A stretch of DNA of 64,000 nt from Bacillota bacterium (GTDB taxonomy: Bacteria; Bacillota; Clostridia; Saccharofermentanales; DTU023): assembly GCA_023389255.1 (NCBI GenBank), contig JAEWER010000037.1, positions 65,833-129,832 on the forward strand. The letters run 5' to 3'. The notes beneath the pieces are model-generated. The model did not search any database, was not told the DNA's origin, and saw only the letters and a program-made list of their open reading frames with translations. Shown here piece after piece: positions 35,437-46,594 of the stretch. The translations under genes were made by a program, and so were the position numbers. Every line of letters begins with the position of its first letter. The first letter of the stretch is position 1.

Positions 35437-35455
35437 GCAATAGAAAGGATTATCT

Positions 35456-37150
35456 ATGAAATACACTGAATTTCCATATGAGCGCCCAGATTTACAAGCA
35501 TTGTGTGCTCAGCTCAGTCAATTAGCCGAGCAAATTAAAAATGCTACTTCCGCCAAAGAACAGTTGGAGGCCTATTGGCAAGCCAACGATATCTTTGCGA
35601 AGACCAGCCATTTTTACGCTTTCGTCAACACCAAATTCACTGGCAATACTGCTGACGAGTTTTGGCGTGCCGAGAAAGATTATGGCAATGAGTCATACGG
35701 CGATTTCTTAGAGAGCACCATTGAGTTCGCTAAAGCTATGCTCGAATCCCCTTATCGTCAAGAATTGGAAGCAGAGTTGGGCAAGCAACAATTTGATCTC
35801 TACGAATGTGATTTAGTCAGTTTCAAACCCGAAATCAAGGACGAAGTAACTGCCGAGCAAAAACTGATCAATAAGTATCAGGAATTGGTGGCGAAGGCTC
35901 AGATTGAATTCGATGGTAAAACTTTGACTTTGGCACAATTAGAACCTTACACCAATAGCTTGGATCGCTCCGTGCGTAAAGCTGCTATTGATGCCAAATT
36001 TAATTATTTTGCTGAGCACGAAGAGGAATTTGATAAGATCTACGACGAATTAGTCGCATTACGCCACACGATGGCAACTAAATTAGGCTACGAAAACTAT
36101 GTACCCCTAGCCTATAAAAAGTTAAAACGCACCGACTATAACGCCAAAGATGTCGCTGGTTATCGCGAGCAGGTACTAAAACATCTCGTTCCTTTGGCAA
36201 CTGAGTTGCGCGAGCGTCAAGCTAAACGCTTAGGTGTTGATCATCTCGATTACTACGATGAAGTCTTATCTTTTAAGTCCGGCAACGCTAAGCCACAAGG
36301 TGATACCGCCTGGATTGTAGACAATGCTAGCAAGATGTTTAATGAGTTATCACCTGAAACGAAAGCATTCTTTAAGGCAATGCGCGATAAGGAGTGTTTA
36401 GATTTAGACGCTCGTGCTGGCAAGGCTTCTGGTGGCTACTGCACCGAATTGCCTCTTTTGAACATGCCTTTCATCTTTACCAACTTTAATGGTTTACAAC
36501 ACGACATCGAGGTCTTGATTCATGAATGTGGTCATGGCTTCCAACTGTATAGTAGTATGCCAAAACCACAACTGGATTATCACTTCCCCACATACGAAGC
36601 CTGTGAAATTCACTCCATGAGTATGGAATTCATCTGCTGGCCTTGGTTTGAACTATTCTTTGGTGATCAGACTACCAAAGCTAAATTTGCTCATCTGACT
36701 GGCTCTATTGAATTTATCCCCTACGGCGTTGCCGTCGACGAATTCCAGGAGTGGGTATATACAAACCATCAAGCCAGCGCTAAGGAGCGTAAAGAGGCCT
36801 GGAAGCGCATTGAGGCTAAGTATCTACCGCATCGTGACTATGCTGGCAATGATTATTTAGAGCGTGGCAACTTCTGGGTGCGCCAATTGCACATCTTTGT
36901 CCATCCTTTTTACTACATCGACTACACCTTGGCTCAAGTTTGTGCTCTGCAGTTCTTCAACAAGATGGATGCCGATCGCAAGCAGGGTTTTGCTGATTAT
37001 CTAGAACTGTGCAAAGCTGGTGGCGAGTTCTCATTCTTCAAACTGTTGGAGATCGGTAAACTGACTAACCCTTTCACTGACGGCACCATTGAGCAAGCTT
37101 TAACGGGTCCCAAAAAGTGGCTAGCATCTGTGGATGACAGCAAACTCTAA
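35456..37150 (+). CDS. pepF: M3-family oligoendopeptidase (PepF-like)
   Basis: HECGHGF zinc motif; 564 aa. Confidence 0.8.
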   Translation: MKYTEFPYERPDLQALCAQLSQLAEQIKNATSAKEQLEAYWQANDIFAKTSHFYAFVNTKFTGNTADEFWRAEKDYGNESYGDFLESTIEFAKAMLESPYRQELEAELGKQQFDLYECDLVSFKPEIKDEVTAEQKLINKYQELVAKAQIEFDGKTLTLAQLEPYTNSLDRSVRKAAIDAKFNYFAEHEEEFDKIYDELVALRHTMATKLGYENYVPLAYKKLKRTDYNAKDVAGYREQVLKHLVPLATELRERQAKRLGVDHLDYYDEVLSFKSGNAKPQGDTAWIVDNASKMFNELSPETKAFFKAMRDKECLDLDARAGKASGGYCTELPLLNMPFIFTNFNGLQHDIEVLIHECGHGFQLYSSMPKPQLDYHFPTYEACEIHSMSMEFICWPWFELFFGDQTTKAKFAHLTGSIEFIPYGVAVDEFQEWVYTNHQASAKERKEAWKRIEAKYLPHRDYAGNDYLERGNFWVRQLHIFVHPFYYIDYTLAQVCALQFFNKMDADRKQGFADYLELCKAGGEFSFFKLLEIGKLTNPFTDGTIEQALTGPKKWLASVDDSKL

Positions 37151-37167
37151 GAGATAATTTAGGTTAT

Positions 37168-37199
37168 AAAAGGAGGCAATTCATAATGCCTCCTTTTTA
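37168..37199. terminator. Terminator of pepF (usable in both directions)
   Basis: Stem AAAGGAGGCA/TGCCTCCTTT flanked by A and T runs. Confidence 0.8.
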
Positions 37200-37586
37200 T
37201 TTAAGATGTTTAATTGCTTACTTCTCACTATAAACCTGTACTAGATACTTAAAAAATTATCCTGAATTCTGCCAACAGGGATGCAAAGATAAGACCACGG
37301 TTTAAGCTGATTCAATATAAATGCATTTTATTTTTCCTGTATGTTTTGATTCTAGTGCTTTAAGAGCAAGCGGTTCATCTTTGCCCATCCAAGTGAGTTC
37401 CAGTTAGTTTGCTATAAAGAGAAAACCTGGCTTGTAGACACAGCTAACCCTGCGTTTGGCACTTTAATCCTCAGCACTTAAAGAATTTTATTGCAATTTC
37501 ATCTCGCAAGGGAGTATAGAAGATAGGGCAAACGAAGATAGCTTCTTTTCGTTATGCCAAACAGATTTTCTCTAGTATTGCAAAAT

Positions 37587-37621
37587 AAAAAGGCTCTAGA
37601 AAATACTTTAGAGCCTTTTCT
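37587..37621. terminator. Orphan bidirectional terminator hairpin inside the ORF-free spacer
   Basis: Stem AAAAGGCTCTA/TAGAGCCTTTT with a 10-nt loop. U-runs follow on both strands (UUUUUAUUUU on minus). It is not adjacent to any CDS end. Confidence 0.6.
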
Positions 37622-37641
37622 TTAATTAATAAACATCAATT

Positions 37642-37670
37642 GAAAAGCCTGAGAGATAGGCTCTCGGGCT
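37642..37670 (-). terminator. Probable terminator of lepA
   Basis: 10-bp stem AGCCCGAGAG/CTCTCAGGCT with one mismatch, followed by UUUU on the minus strand. Confidence 0.5.
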
Positions 37671-37738
37671 TGCTTTCGTAGCAGGTCTTATCTACTTTAC
37701 ACTTTCTCAAGCTAAACCGATAAAAACAATTTTACCAA

Positions 37739-39547
37739 CTAATCATCTAACTTCAGTACGCTCATAAAGGCTTCTTGGGGTACTTCTACTGAACCGACTG
37801 AGCGCATGCGCTTTTTACCCTCTTTTTGCTTTTCTAGCAACTTCTTTTTACGAGAAATATCGCCACCATAACACTTGGCGATAACATCTTTGCGGAAAGC
37901 ACGAATGGTTTCACGCGCAATAATCTTGCCACCGATGGCCGCTTGAATGGGAATTTCAAACTGCTGTCTCGGAATATTATCTTTCAGTTTTTCTGCCATA
38001 TGTCTGCCACGATTATAGGCTTTATCACGGTGCACAATAAAAGAAAGTGCATCCACTACATCTCCCTTAATCAAAATATCGAGTTTCACTAAATCGGAAG
38101 CCTGATATTCTTTTAATTCATAATCTAACGAGGCATAACCACGACTGCGGGATTTGAGCGCATCAAAGAAATCGTAAATGACTTCATTTAGAGGCAAGAT
38201 GTAATGCAAATTAACTCTTGTCGCTTCCAAATATTCCATGTTAATAAATGTGCCCCGTCGATCTTGGCATAATTCCATGATATTACCCACATAATCAGTA
38301 GGCGTCATGATTGAGGCTGCGATCATCGGTTCTTCGATTTTGGCAATTTGATCTACAGGAGGCATATTGGTGGGGTTATCGAGCACCACTTTGCTACCGT
38401 CTTTCATCTCGAGATGGTAAACAACTGATGGCGCAGTGGAGATGAGATCAAGTTGAAATTCTCGCTCCAAGCGCTCCTGAATAATTTCGTAGTGTAATAG
38501 CCCTAAGAAACCACAGCGAAAACCAAAACCTAAAGCGGCCGAAGTATCTGGCTCAAACGACAGCGCTGCATCATTTAATTGCACCTTTTCGAGCGCATCA
38601 CGCAAATTGTTGTAATCTGCACCATCTACAGGATACAGGCCACAGAAAACCATACGTTGCACTTCTTTATAGCCAGGCAAGGGTTCTTTTGCTGGTTGTT
38701 GCTTCAGCGTTACAGTGTCGCCCACCTGGGTGTCACGCACATTCTTGATACTAGCCACTAAGTAGCCAACATCACCACAACGCAATTCTTGTGTGGGCAC
38801 AACTCCAGTGGGGGAAAAGAAACCTAATTCTGTAACCGTAAAACTCTTTTGGGTATGCATCATGAGAATTTGATCGCCCACTTTAACGCAACCTGAATTG
38901 ACATTCATATGCACAATGACACCCTTGTACGTATCGTATTCAGAGTCGAAAATCAGTGCCTTAAGAGGTTCATCAACATCACCTTGTGGCGGTGGTAACT
39001 TAGTTACAATCTGCTCCAAAACTTGATCGATATTGATATCAGCCTTAGCTGAAATGAGAGGTGCTTCAGAAGCATCTAAACCGATTACATCTTCAATTTC
39101 AGTTCTGATCTCTTCGGGACGTGCAGAAGGCAAATCAATCTTATTAATAACTGGAATTATCTCTAAGTCTGCGTCTAAAGCTAAGTAAACATTGGCAAGC
39201 GTCTGCGCTTCAATTCCTTGAGCTGCATCAACGACCAGCACAGCACCATCACAAGCTGCCAGGGTACGTGAAACTTCGTAATTGAAGTCGACATGACCCG
39301 GCGTATCAATCAGATTCAAAACATAGGTTTCGCCATCCTGTGCCGTGTAATTCATACGCACAGCCTTAGATTTAATCGTGATACCACGCTCCCTCTCCAA
39401 ATCCATACTGTCTAAGACTTGCGCCATCATCTCACGTGATGTCAGTGCTCCTGTATGCTCAATCAAGCGATCTGCCAAGGTCGATTTACCATGGTCGATG
39501 TGTGCGATAATACAAAAATTGCGAATATTTGCTTGCTTTACAGCCAT
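37739..39547 (-). CDS. lepA: Elongation factor 4 (LepA)
   Basis: [21 protein letters not shown]...; 602 aa. Confidence 0.97.
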   Translation of the reverse strand: MAVKQANIRNFCIIAHIDHGKSTLADRLIEHTGALTSREMMAQVLDSMDLERERGITIKSKAVRMNYTAQDGETYVLNLIDTPGHVDFNYEVSRTLAACDGAVLVVDAAQGIEAQTLANVYLALDADLEIIPVINKIDLPSARPEEIRTEIEDVIGLDASEAPLISAKADINIDQVLEQIVTKLPPPQGDVDEPLKALIFDSEYDTYKGVIVHMNVNSGCVKVGDQILMMHTQKSFTVTELGFFSPTGVVPTQELRCGDVGYLVASIKNVRDTQVGDTVTLKQQPAKEPLPGYKEVQRMVFCGLYPVDGADYNNLRDALEKVQLNDAALSFEPDTSAALGFGFRCGFLGLLHYEIIQERLEREFQLDLISTAPSVVYHLEMKDGSKVVLDNPTNMPPVDQIAKIEEPMIAASIMTPTDYVGNIMELCQDRRGTFINMEYLEATRVNLHYILPLNEVIYDFFDALKSRSRGYASLDYELKEYQASDLVKLDILIKGDVVDALSFIVHRDKAYNRGRHMAEKLKDNIPRQQFEIPIQAAIGGKIIARETIRAFRKDVIAKCYGGDISRKKKLLEKQKEGKKRMRSVGSVEVPQEAFMSVLKLDD

Positions 39548-39559
39548 CTAGCAGTACTC

Positions 39560-40213
39560 CTATTTTTTGTTGTCGGGGTTGCCAAAATGCTTGAGTGGAA
39601 ACACTCTAAACCAGAGCTCCCCTATAACATTATGTTTGTGAACGGGTCCAAAGTGTCTGCTATCCCGACTGACTGGTCGATTGTCACCCATCACCCAATA
39701 CTCGTCTTCCCCCAGCACTTGATGGTGGTGTGGTGAGTAATCGTCAATATACGTTTTAATACCTTGATCGAGATAAGGTTCTTCTAATCTCTCACCGTTG
39801 ATATACACTTCACCATTATTGATATCCACCGTTTCTCCGGGTAAACCAATCACACGCTTAATGATCAGATCGTCACCCTCCCCCTCGATGTCTTTAACGT
39901 CTAAAGTGACGATGGCGCCTCTTGCAAACGGCTTTAAATAGCGTGTAACTTTTTGCACGAAAATTTGATCCCCATCTTCCAGCGTGCTGTACATTGATTT
40001 GCCCACAACTGAATTGCGCTGTATGACAAAAAGATTGAGTAGCAGACCTAACACCACCACAAAGGCTAGCATTCTGATCCACGAAAGAATCTCTTTTCTG
40101 CGCTTCTGCTGTTTGGCGTGACGTCTTTGGGCTAAGTCCTGTCTGCTTTGCTCGCTATCACCGTCATTCGGCGTTAAACGCCTAGAGTTAGGGGTTTGTT
40201 TCCAATTAGGCAT
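39560..40213 (-). CDS. lepB: Signal peptidase I
   Basis: GKSMYSTL (catalytic Ser box), [19 protein letters not shown]. Confidence 0.9.
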   Translation of the reverse strand: MPNWKQTPNSRRLTPNDGDSEQSRQDLAQRRHAKQQKRRKEILSWIRMLAFVVVLGLLLNLFVIQRNSVVGKSMYSTLEDGDQIFVQKVTRYLKPFARGAIVTLDVKDIEGEGDDLIIKRVIGLPGETVDINNGEVYINGERLEEPYLDQGIKTYIDDYSPHHHQVLGEDEYWVMGDNRPVSRDSRHFGPVHKHNVIGELWFRVFPLKHFGNPDNKK

Positions 40214-41984
40214 TGTCGATCACTTTCAAACCTAGTTCTGTCAGTTGTTTTTCGTCTACAAGACCAGGGGCCGCTGTCATCAGGTCAGATGAGTTTTGCA
40301 CTTTGGGGAAGGCGATCACATCTCTGATGCTACTCGATTTGGTCAGCAACATTACTAAGCGGTCAAGACCGATCGCTAAGCCTCCGTGCGGTGGCACACC
40401 ATAGCTGAACGCATCAAGCAAGAAGCCGAAACGCTCCTTGGCCTCTTCTTCTGTGAAACCAATAGCTTGAAAAATTTTGGCTTGTAACTCTTGGTCGTGA
40501 ATACGTATGGAACCACCACCCAATTCAACACCATTCAAAATAACGTCGTAGGCACGAGCTTTCAGTTCTGTTGGCTTGCTGTCTAGCAGATCAATCTCTT
40601 CCATCTTGGGCGAAGTGAACGGGTGATGCTTTGCTACCAAACGATCCTCATCTTCATCGTATTCGAACATGGGGAAGTCGGTAACCCACAGCAGATCCCA
40701 GGTATCTTCTTCAATTAAATTACGACGCTCTGCTACCTCTAGGCGGAGATGTCCTAGAGCATCCCACACAATCTCACGGCGATCAGCAACAATTAACAGC
40801 AAGTCATTATCGCCGGCCTGCACTAACTCTTTCAGTTCAGATACCTGTTCTTCTGTCACAAATTTGCTGATGGAGCCACGCACTGTTTCGCCTAGAGCAA
40901 GCCATGCTAGGCCTTTAGCTTTGTAGGTTTTAACAACTTCCGTTAAGGCATCAATCTCACGACGCTTCATATCGTTGCCACCTGGTACAACGAGCAAACA
41001 CACCGTACCATCTTCTAAGGCTAAGGCATCTTGGAATACCTTGAAATCAGTCTTTTTTGCCCACTCTGAAACATCTTGTAACTCTAAGCCAAAACGTGTA
41101 TCTGGCTTATCTGAACCAAAGCGATCCATCGCTTCTTGCCAGGTTAAACGCTTGAGCGGTAACTGTACTGGATAATCGATAACTTCTTGGAAAAGGCGTT
41201 GCAAGTAGAGTTCTACCACTTGCATGACATCTTCTTCTGAGACAAAGCTCATCTCTAAGTCGATTTGTGTAAATTCAGGTTGACGATCTGCACGCAAGTC
41301 TTCATCGCGGAAGCAACGAGCAATTTGCATGTAACGATCAAACCCCGACAGCATCAGCAATTGCTTGAATAGTTGTGGTGATTGAGGCAACGCAAAACAC
41401 TTACCGTTGAATACACGTGAGGGGACGAGATAATCTCTGGCACCCTCCGGAGTACTCTTAACTAACATCGGCGTTTCGATATCTAAGAATCCTTGTTCAT
41501 CGAAAAAGTCTCGTGTGATTTTAGTGATTTGATGACGTTTTAGGATCTTTTCTTGCATATCTGGACGGCGCAAATCAAGATAGCGATACTCTAAGCGCAA
41601 CGCCTCTCTTGCCTCAACATTTTCTTCGATGTAAAAAGGTGGTGTCTGGGCGCTGGATAGAATACGCAATTCACTGACTTGCAATTCCCAAAGACCTGTT
41701 TTCATTTTGACATTAGGCGCTTGACGCTCACGCAAGATACCCTTTGCAGCCAAAACATATTCACTTCTAACTTGTCTAGCTTTGGCTAGGACTTCAGGCT
41801 TAGTTTCTTCATCAAAAACCAATTGCAATTCACCACTTCTGTCGCGTAACGTGATGAAAATCAAATTCCCCATATCACGTTGACGATGACACCAACCCAT
41901 CAAAGTCAATTCTTGACCCACCATGGTGGCATTTACTTCTGCTACACGACAACTACGCTTTAATCCTTGAATTGTCTCAGCCAT
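40206..41984 (-). CDS. aspS: Aspartyl-tRNA synthetase
   Basis: Class-II motifs ([23 protein letters not shown]). AGGAGG RBS before the ATG at 41984. Confidence 0.95.
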   Translation of the reverse strand: MAETIQGLKRSCRVAEVNATMVGQELTLMGWCHRQRDMGNLIFITLRDRSGELQLVFDEETKPEVLAKARQVRSEYVLAAKGILRERQAPNVKMKTGLWELQVSELRILSSAQTPPFYIEENVEAREALRLEYRYLDLRRPDMQEKILKRHQITKITRDFFDEQGFLDIETPMLVKSTPEGARDYLVPSRVFNGKCFALPQSPQLFKQLLMLSGFDRYMQIARCFRDEDLRADRQPEFTQIDLEMSFVSEEDVMQVVELYLQRLFQEVIDYPVQLPLKRLTWQEAMDRFGSDKPDTRFGLELQDVSEWAKKTDFKVFQDALALEDGTVCLLVVPGGNDMKRREIDALTEVVKTYKAKGLAWLALGETVRGSISKFVTEEQVSELKELVQAGDNDLLLIVADRREIVWDALGHLRLEVAERRNLIEEDTWDLLWVTDFPMFEYDEDEDRLVAKHHPFTSPKMEEIDLLDSKPTELKARAYDVILNGVELGGGSIRIHDQELQAKIFQAIGFTEEEAKERFGFLLDAFSYGVPPHGGLAIGLDRLVMLLTKSSSIRDVIAFPKVQNSSDLMTAAPGLVDEKQLTELGLKVIDNA

Positions 41985-43236
41985 TGATAATCCTCCTTGC
42001 AATTGATTCGCTATCTGTTAATTCAATATTATGTTCGTTTCCATCTTGCATGCACTTGAGCTTGGCATTTCCTGTTTTGACTTCATCTTCGCCTAAGACT
42101 AGCAAGAACTTAGCTCCTGTTTTATTGGCATACTTCATCTGCGCTTTGAAACTTCGACCCATCAAGTCGTTTTCGACACGAATATCTCTTTTTCTGAGAT
42201 CGCTAGCCAGTTTTAGGGCATCTAATTTAGTTTCGTTAAATGCAACTAGGTATAAATCGGTGGTCGGCGCCTGTTTGAGTTCAACCCCTTGAGCCTCTAG
42301 TTCCATTAACAAGCGCTCGACTCCTAAAGCAAAGCCTACAGCAGGTGTATGATTGCCACCCATCTCGGCTACTAAGCCATCGTATCTACCACCGCCACAA
42401 ATAGTTCCCTGTGTGCCGACATTTTCTGACACAAACTCAAATACCGTCTTAGTGTAGTAATCAAGCCCACGCACAATAAAAGGATCGTGCTCATAGGGTA
42501 TACCCATGGCGTCTAACTCACTCTTCAACTCGGTGAAGTGTTGCTCACATTCTGCGCAAAGATAATCTGATTGCAACGGTGCGTTTGCCACGATTTTTTG
42601 ACATCTCTCCTGCTTACAATCTAAAGAACGCATAGGATTCTTCTCGAAACGGCGCACACAGTCCTCACACATTTCACTTAGGTGTGGTCTCAGATAATCC
42701 CTCAACACTTGCAGATAAGCAGGGCGACAAGCAGGGCAACCAATGCTATTGATCTTGAGAGTTATTTTTTGCAGACCAAGTCTCTTGAAAAACTCAAAGA
42801 GCATCGCAATCATCTCTGCTTCAGTAGTGGGACTTTGTGCACCAAATACTTCACAACCGAATTGATTAAATTCACGGTATCTACCTTTACCCATCTTTTC
42901 ATAACGGAAAGCGGTATGGCGATAACAGAATTTTTGTGGTGACGGTGTGCTAGAAAGACCATGTTCCAGATATGCACGCACCACTGAAGCTGTGATCTCA
43001 GGGCGTAAAGTCATGCTCCGTCCACCCTTATCTAAAAAGGTGTACATCTCTTTTTGCACCACGTCTGTGGTATCGCCCACGCCACGCTGAAATAGTTCAG
43101 TCTGTTCAAAAGTGGGAACTCTGATTTCTTGAAAGCCAAATAAACTAGCAGTTTGCAAAAACTGTTCCTCCAGTTGCTGCCAGGCTGCAATTTGATTTGG
43201 CAAAATATCTTTAGTTCCTTTAGGAGCTTGAATCAT
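41977..43236 (-). CDS. hisS: Histidyl-tRNA synthetase
   Basis: [13 protein letters not shown]..., [19 protein letters not shown]. Its stop overlaps the aspS start by 8 nt. Confidence 0.95.
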   Translation of the reverse strand: MIQAPKGTKDILPNQIAAWQQLEEQFLQTASLFGFQEIRVPTFEQTELFQRGVGDTTDVVQKEMYTFLDKGGRSMTLRPEITASVVRAYLEHGLSSTPSPQKFCYRHTAFRYEKMGKGRYREFNQFGCEVFGAQSPTTEAEMIAMLFEFFKRLGLQKITLKINSIGCPACRPAYLQVLRDYLRPHLSEMCEDCVRRFEKNPMRSLDCKQERCQKIVANAPLQSDYLCAECEQHFTELKSELDAMGIPYEHDPFIVRGLDYYTKTVFEFVSENVGTQGTICGGGRYDGLVAEMGGNHTPAVGFALGVERLLMELEAQGVELKQAPTTDLYLVAFNETKLDALKLASDLRKRDIRVENDLMGRSFKAQMKYANKTGAKFLLVLGEDEVKTGNAKLKCMQDGNEHNIELTDSESIARRIING

Positions 43237-43321
43237 GAAATACACCTTTCTGTGTGTAAAAGTATGTAACAATTAATGATATATTTTAGACCAGCTTTTG
43301 GCTAGTTACGCGAGGTCGCTT

Positions 43322-44113
43322 ATGAGATTTTACTGCAACAGTCTAGTGATCGACACATGTAGTGATGAGATTAGAGTTGCTTTTTTAAGAGATGGTGTCG
43401 TTGTTTGTCAGTTAGAACAAGCTAGCAAAATGCAACACTCGCAATTGTTGCACCCTTTAATCGAAAAAGTTTTGGCTAAAAGTCAAATCACTCTCGCTGA
43501 TTTGAGCGATATTTGGGTTGCAGTTGGCCCCGGTTCGTATACTGGCATTCGTGTGGGTGTAGTGACCGCCACCACGATGGCAGACACTCTCCAAATACCC
43601 GTGCACGGATTTTCAACTCTAGCTATGCAAGCTGAAGGCTTGCGTGTTCTAACGCGCGATGTACAATCTGAGCAAACTTTAACTTTAGAAAACACCGATT
43701 TGATAATCTCCACCATCGATGCTCGCGGTAAACGACTATATTGTGCCTGCTATCTTTTCGCTACCGATAAGCTGACAGAAACTATTCCACCGACACAGAC
43801 AGTTGATACTGACTTTGTAAATTTGATCGAAAACTTTTTAACTCACACAGAATACAGTATTAAACGCATCGTTATTTGCGGTAATGGTGCTCTCATCGCA
43901 CAGGAAATTTTAGCTACGAATCTACCTGCTACTTTACTTAACAGCCAAAATGTGCAAGTGATAGATCTGAATCAAAATTCCGCTGTGTTACGTCAGGGCT
44001 TTGTTGCTCTGCCTGCTTCTTTGCAAGTTGATAGTTCCAGTACTCTGAAGTTAGATGCCACACCACTTTACTGCGCTAAAACACAAGCTGAACGCAATTT
44101 AGAACAAAAATAA
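43322..44113 (+). CDS. tsaB: tRNA t6A biosynthesis protein TsaB (YeaZ)
   Basis: VAVGPGSYTGIRVG. Start ambiguous (TTG 43298 or ATG 43322). Confidence 0.8.
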   Translation: MRFYCNSLVIDTCSDEIRVAFLRDGVVVCQLEQASKMQHSQLLHPLIEKVLAKSQITLADLSDIWVAVGPGSYTGIRVGVVTATTMADTLQIPVHGFSTLAMQAEGLRVLTRDVQSEQTLTLENTDLIISTIDARGKRLYCACYLFATDKLTETIPPTQTVDTDFVNLIENFLTHTEYSIKRIVICGNGALIAQEILATNLPATLLNSQNVQVIDLNQNSAVLRQGFVALPASLQVDSSSTLKLDATPLYCAKTQAERNLEQK

Positions 44114-44122
44114 TGGCAAATA

Positions 44123-44608
44123 ATGGCAAAAGTAAACATCCTAGATGAATTGATTATTCGCCCTATGCTCTCAACTGATATTGAAGCAGTAGCTAAATTA
44201 GACGAGCTCTGTTTCGCTTTACCCTGGGGCGCTAAAGCCTATTTAACAGAACTATCTCTACCAGAGCATCATTGGTTGATCGCCACAGATTCCTCGGGCA
44301 ATCTCTTAGGCTTTGCAGGTCTAATGGTTATTCCTTTTCCGCCTTACGAAGCTGAAATACTTAATGTAGCAGTCGATCATGGCTTCAGAAATCAAGGCAT
44401 AGCGCATCGCTTGCTATCTGAGCTAGTAGTAAAGGCTAGCAACCTGCCACAAACACCTGTCTCAAGCATCTTTTTAGAGGTTAGAGCTAGCAATACTCCT
44501 GCACAAAAAGCCTACGAAAAACTGGGTTTTGTCTTTGACGGCGTACGCAAAAACTATTATTTGGACAATAAAGAAGATGCCTGGCTAATGCATCTCAGCT
44601 TAACCTAG
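44123..44608 (+). CDS. rimI: Ribosomal-protein-alanine N-acetyltransferase (GNAT)
   Basis: LNVAVDHGFRNQGIAHRLL (acetyl-CoA loop). Follows tsaB. Confidence 0.8.
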   Translation: MAKVNILDELIIRPMLSTDIEAVAKLDELCFALPWGAKAYLTELSLPEHHWLIATDSSGNLLGFAGLMVIPFPPYEAEILNVAVDHGFRNQGIAHRLLSELVVKASNLPQTPVSSIFLEVRASNTPAQKAYEKLGFVFDGVRKNYYLDNKEDAWLMHLSLT

Positions 44609-44667
44609 GCACCTTTTATGTTCTTCTTTACGTACTTAAATTGAGTTTAGTTCTGTTTATTGCTAAA

Positions 44668-44979
44668 TTAGAGCAATACAGCTGTGCCACTGGCAGTAAT
44701 CATCATAAGTCCTGTGCCAGCCACTTCAACATCTACCTTGGCACCGACTACAGCATTAGCTCCGACTTGATTAGCTCTACTAATCAGCTCATTTAAGGCT
44801 TCTTCTCTAGCTTTGATCAAAGAAGATTCATAACTCTTAGATCTACCACCAAAAATATCTCTAAAACCAGCGGCAATGTCTTTGAATACATCAGTACCTA
44901 AAATAACTTCACCAAAAACAATGCCTTTATATTCTTTAATTGTTGTTCCCTCAATTGTAGGGGTGGTTGTTACTATCAT
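44668..44979 (-). CDS. YbjQ/UPF0145-family protein
   Basis: [28 protein letters not shown]...ANAVVG. Confidence 0.75.
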   Translation of the reverse strand: MIVTTTPTIEGTTIKEYKGIVFGEVILGTDVFKDIAAGFRDIFGGRSKSYESSLIKAREEALNELISRANQVGANAVVGAKVDVEVAGTGLMMITASGTAVLL

Positions 44980-45062
44980 ATATACCTCCAAAGGTTTGAT
45001 ATCATGCTTATTCTAACACTGTGTAGCTGAATAAAAATAAAGATTTCCTAATTTTAGGACAA

Positions 45063-45089
45063 GCAAAAGGCTGGCAGAGCCAGCCTTGT
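45063..45089 (-). terminator. Rho-independent terminator of rplM-rpsI
   Basis: Stem AAGGCTGGC/GCCAGCCTT with a 3-nt loop, followed by UUUUGCUU on the minus strand. Confidence 0.7.
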
Positions 45090-45115
45090 ATTTGCAATAT
45101 TTTGCCCAATAAAGC

Positions 45116-45511
45116 TTAACGTTTGGAGTACTGAGAAGCTTTACGTGCTTTCTTAAGACCAGGTTTCTTACGCTCTTTAACACGTGAATCACGAGTTAAG
45201 AAACCAGCACGCTTTAGGACACTCTTGTAGGCTTCAGCATCTTCTTCAACTAATGCTCTAGCAATACCGTGGCGAATAGCACCAGCTTGACCAGCCACAC
45301 CACCACCATGAACTTTAACAATGATGTCGTACTTTTCAGCGGCACCTGTCTCGTTCAAAGGTTGTTTGACAATGTAACGTAAAGTATCTAATTGGACGTA
45401 TTCTTCCATGCTCTTACCATTGATGGTAATGTTGCCACTACCCTTGTATAAGCGCACGCGAGCGATGGATTTTTTACGTCTACCTGTACCGTAGGAATAT
45501 TCTTTTGCCAT
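45116..45511 (-). CDS. rpsI: 30S ribosomal protein S9
   Basis: [19 protein letters not shown]...[12 protein letters not shown]. Confidence 0.97.
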   Translation of the reverse strand: MAKEYSYGTGRRKKSIARVRLYKGSGNITINGKSMEEYVQLDTLRYIVKQPLNETGAAEKYDIIVKVHGGGVAGQAGAIRHGIARALVEEDAEAYKSVLKRAGFLTRDSRVKERKKPGLKKARKASQYSKR

Positions 45512-45522
45512 CTTCACACCTC

Positions 45523-45954
45523 TTATTTCAACTCAAGTTTGATAGGTTGTTGTGCCTCGTGCTTATGCTCGGGACCAGCGTACACTTTTAATTTTCTGTA
45601 CATCTGACGACCTAAAGAATTATGGGGCAACATACCTTTAACTGCAGCTTCTAAAATGCGCTCAGGATGTTTTTGTTGCATTTGCTTGTAGGAAACTTCC
45701 TTCAAACCGCCGGGATAACCAGTGTGGTGACGATATACTTTTTGATTTTCCTTATTACCGGTTAGCTTAACTTTTTCTGCATTGATGACGATTACGAAAT
45801 CACCGGTATCTAAAAAAGGAGTATATTCAGGCTTGTGTTTACCTCTAAGAATTGAAGCGATTTGAGTAGCGAGACGGCCTAAAACTTGACCTTCAGCATC
45901 TACTACGTACCATTTGCGCTCAATCTCGGAAGCTTTGGCTACATAAGTGCTCAT
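45523..45954 (-). CDS. rplM: 50S ribosomal protein L13
   Basis: [29 protein letters not shown]... Confidence 0.97.
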   Translation of the reverse strand: MSTYVAKASEIERKWYVVDAEGQVLGRLATQIASILRGKHKPEYTPFLDTGDFVIVINAEKVKLTGNKENQKVYRHHTGYPGGLKEVSYKQMQQKHPERILEAAVKGMLPHNSLGRQMYRKLKVYAGPEHKHEAQQPIKLELK

Positions 45955-46011
45955 ACTTTCCTCCAAATAATGAATTAACCTCTGCAACTATAGACACTTT
46001 GCAAACTCTAG

Positions 46012-46512
46012 TCAATCATTTTTGTAAATTCCAAAATCTTCCTCTATTTTTTGCCATTTTTCGCTATTTTTCTCCATTATGCTATCCGGTAAAACTATTT
46101 TTAGTGTACGTTCTTCTTCATTGTTACCAGTAGCCACCAAGTACATCCAAATCGTGTGAGGTGGCAGCAAAGAAGCTATCCGCTCTGGCCACTCGATTAA
46201 ACAACAGCCTTGACCATATAGATATTCATCAAAGCCAGCATCGAAAAACTCCAATTCATTGTTTAGTCGATAGGCATCGAAATGATATAAGGGTAATTCT
46301 GTCGTATATTCATTGAGCAAAGTGAACGTTGGACTAGATGCTTCTCGTTCGCCTAAGCATTCTGCCAGCAGGCGGGCAAAGGTTGTTTTACCAGCCCCCA
46401 AAGTGCCAGAAAGAGCTAATACCATTCTTGGTTCTAATGTTCTTGCTACTGCTTGCGCTAGTTTTGCGCTTGCTTGAAGATCTGGCAAATGCAACTGCAA
46501 TGTATGACTCAT
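46012..46512 (-). CDS. tsaE: tRNA t6A biosynthesis ATPase TsaE (YjeE)
   Basis: LSGTLGAGKTTFARLL, PTFTLLNEY, YHFDAYRL. Confidence 0.85.
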   Translation of the reverse strand: MSHTLQLHLPDLQASAKLAQAVARTLEPRMVLALSGTLGAGKTTFARLLAECLGEREASSPTFTLLNEYTTELPLYHFDAYRLNNELEFFDAGFDEYLYGQGCCLIEWPERIASLLPPHTIWMYLVATGNNEEERTLKIVLPDSIMEKNSEKWQKIEEDFGIYKND

Positions 46513-46594
46513 AATAACTCCGTGTATATTCTTCTACCTAATTGATGCTCTAGACGAGTATACTGTCTTTAAGATCATTTATAGCGAGGTATTT

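Noticed and set aside
37418-37573. 12-bp long-range complementarity as proof of a structured RNA
   Set aside because: One 11/12 match in an AT-rich region of about 590 bp is close to chance expectation. It is kept only as a weak strand hint inside the ncRNA-candidate finding.
37640-37680. TPP riboswitch-like CCTGAGAGA string; T-box, tmRNA, RNase P or SRP RNA in the 588-bp spacer
   Set aside because: Only the short CUGAGA-like string is present, and it forms the lepA terminator stem. None of the other conserved blocks of these RNAs (T-arm GGTTCGAATCC, GGAAGCAGCC, the T-box 14-mer, and so on) is present.
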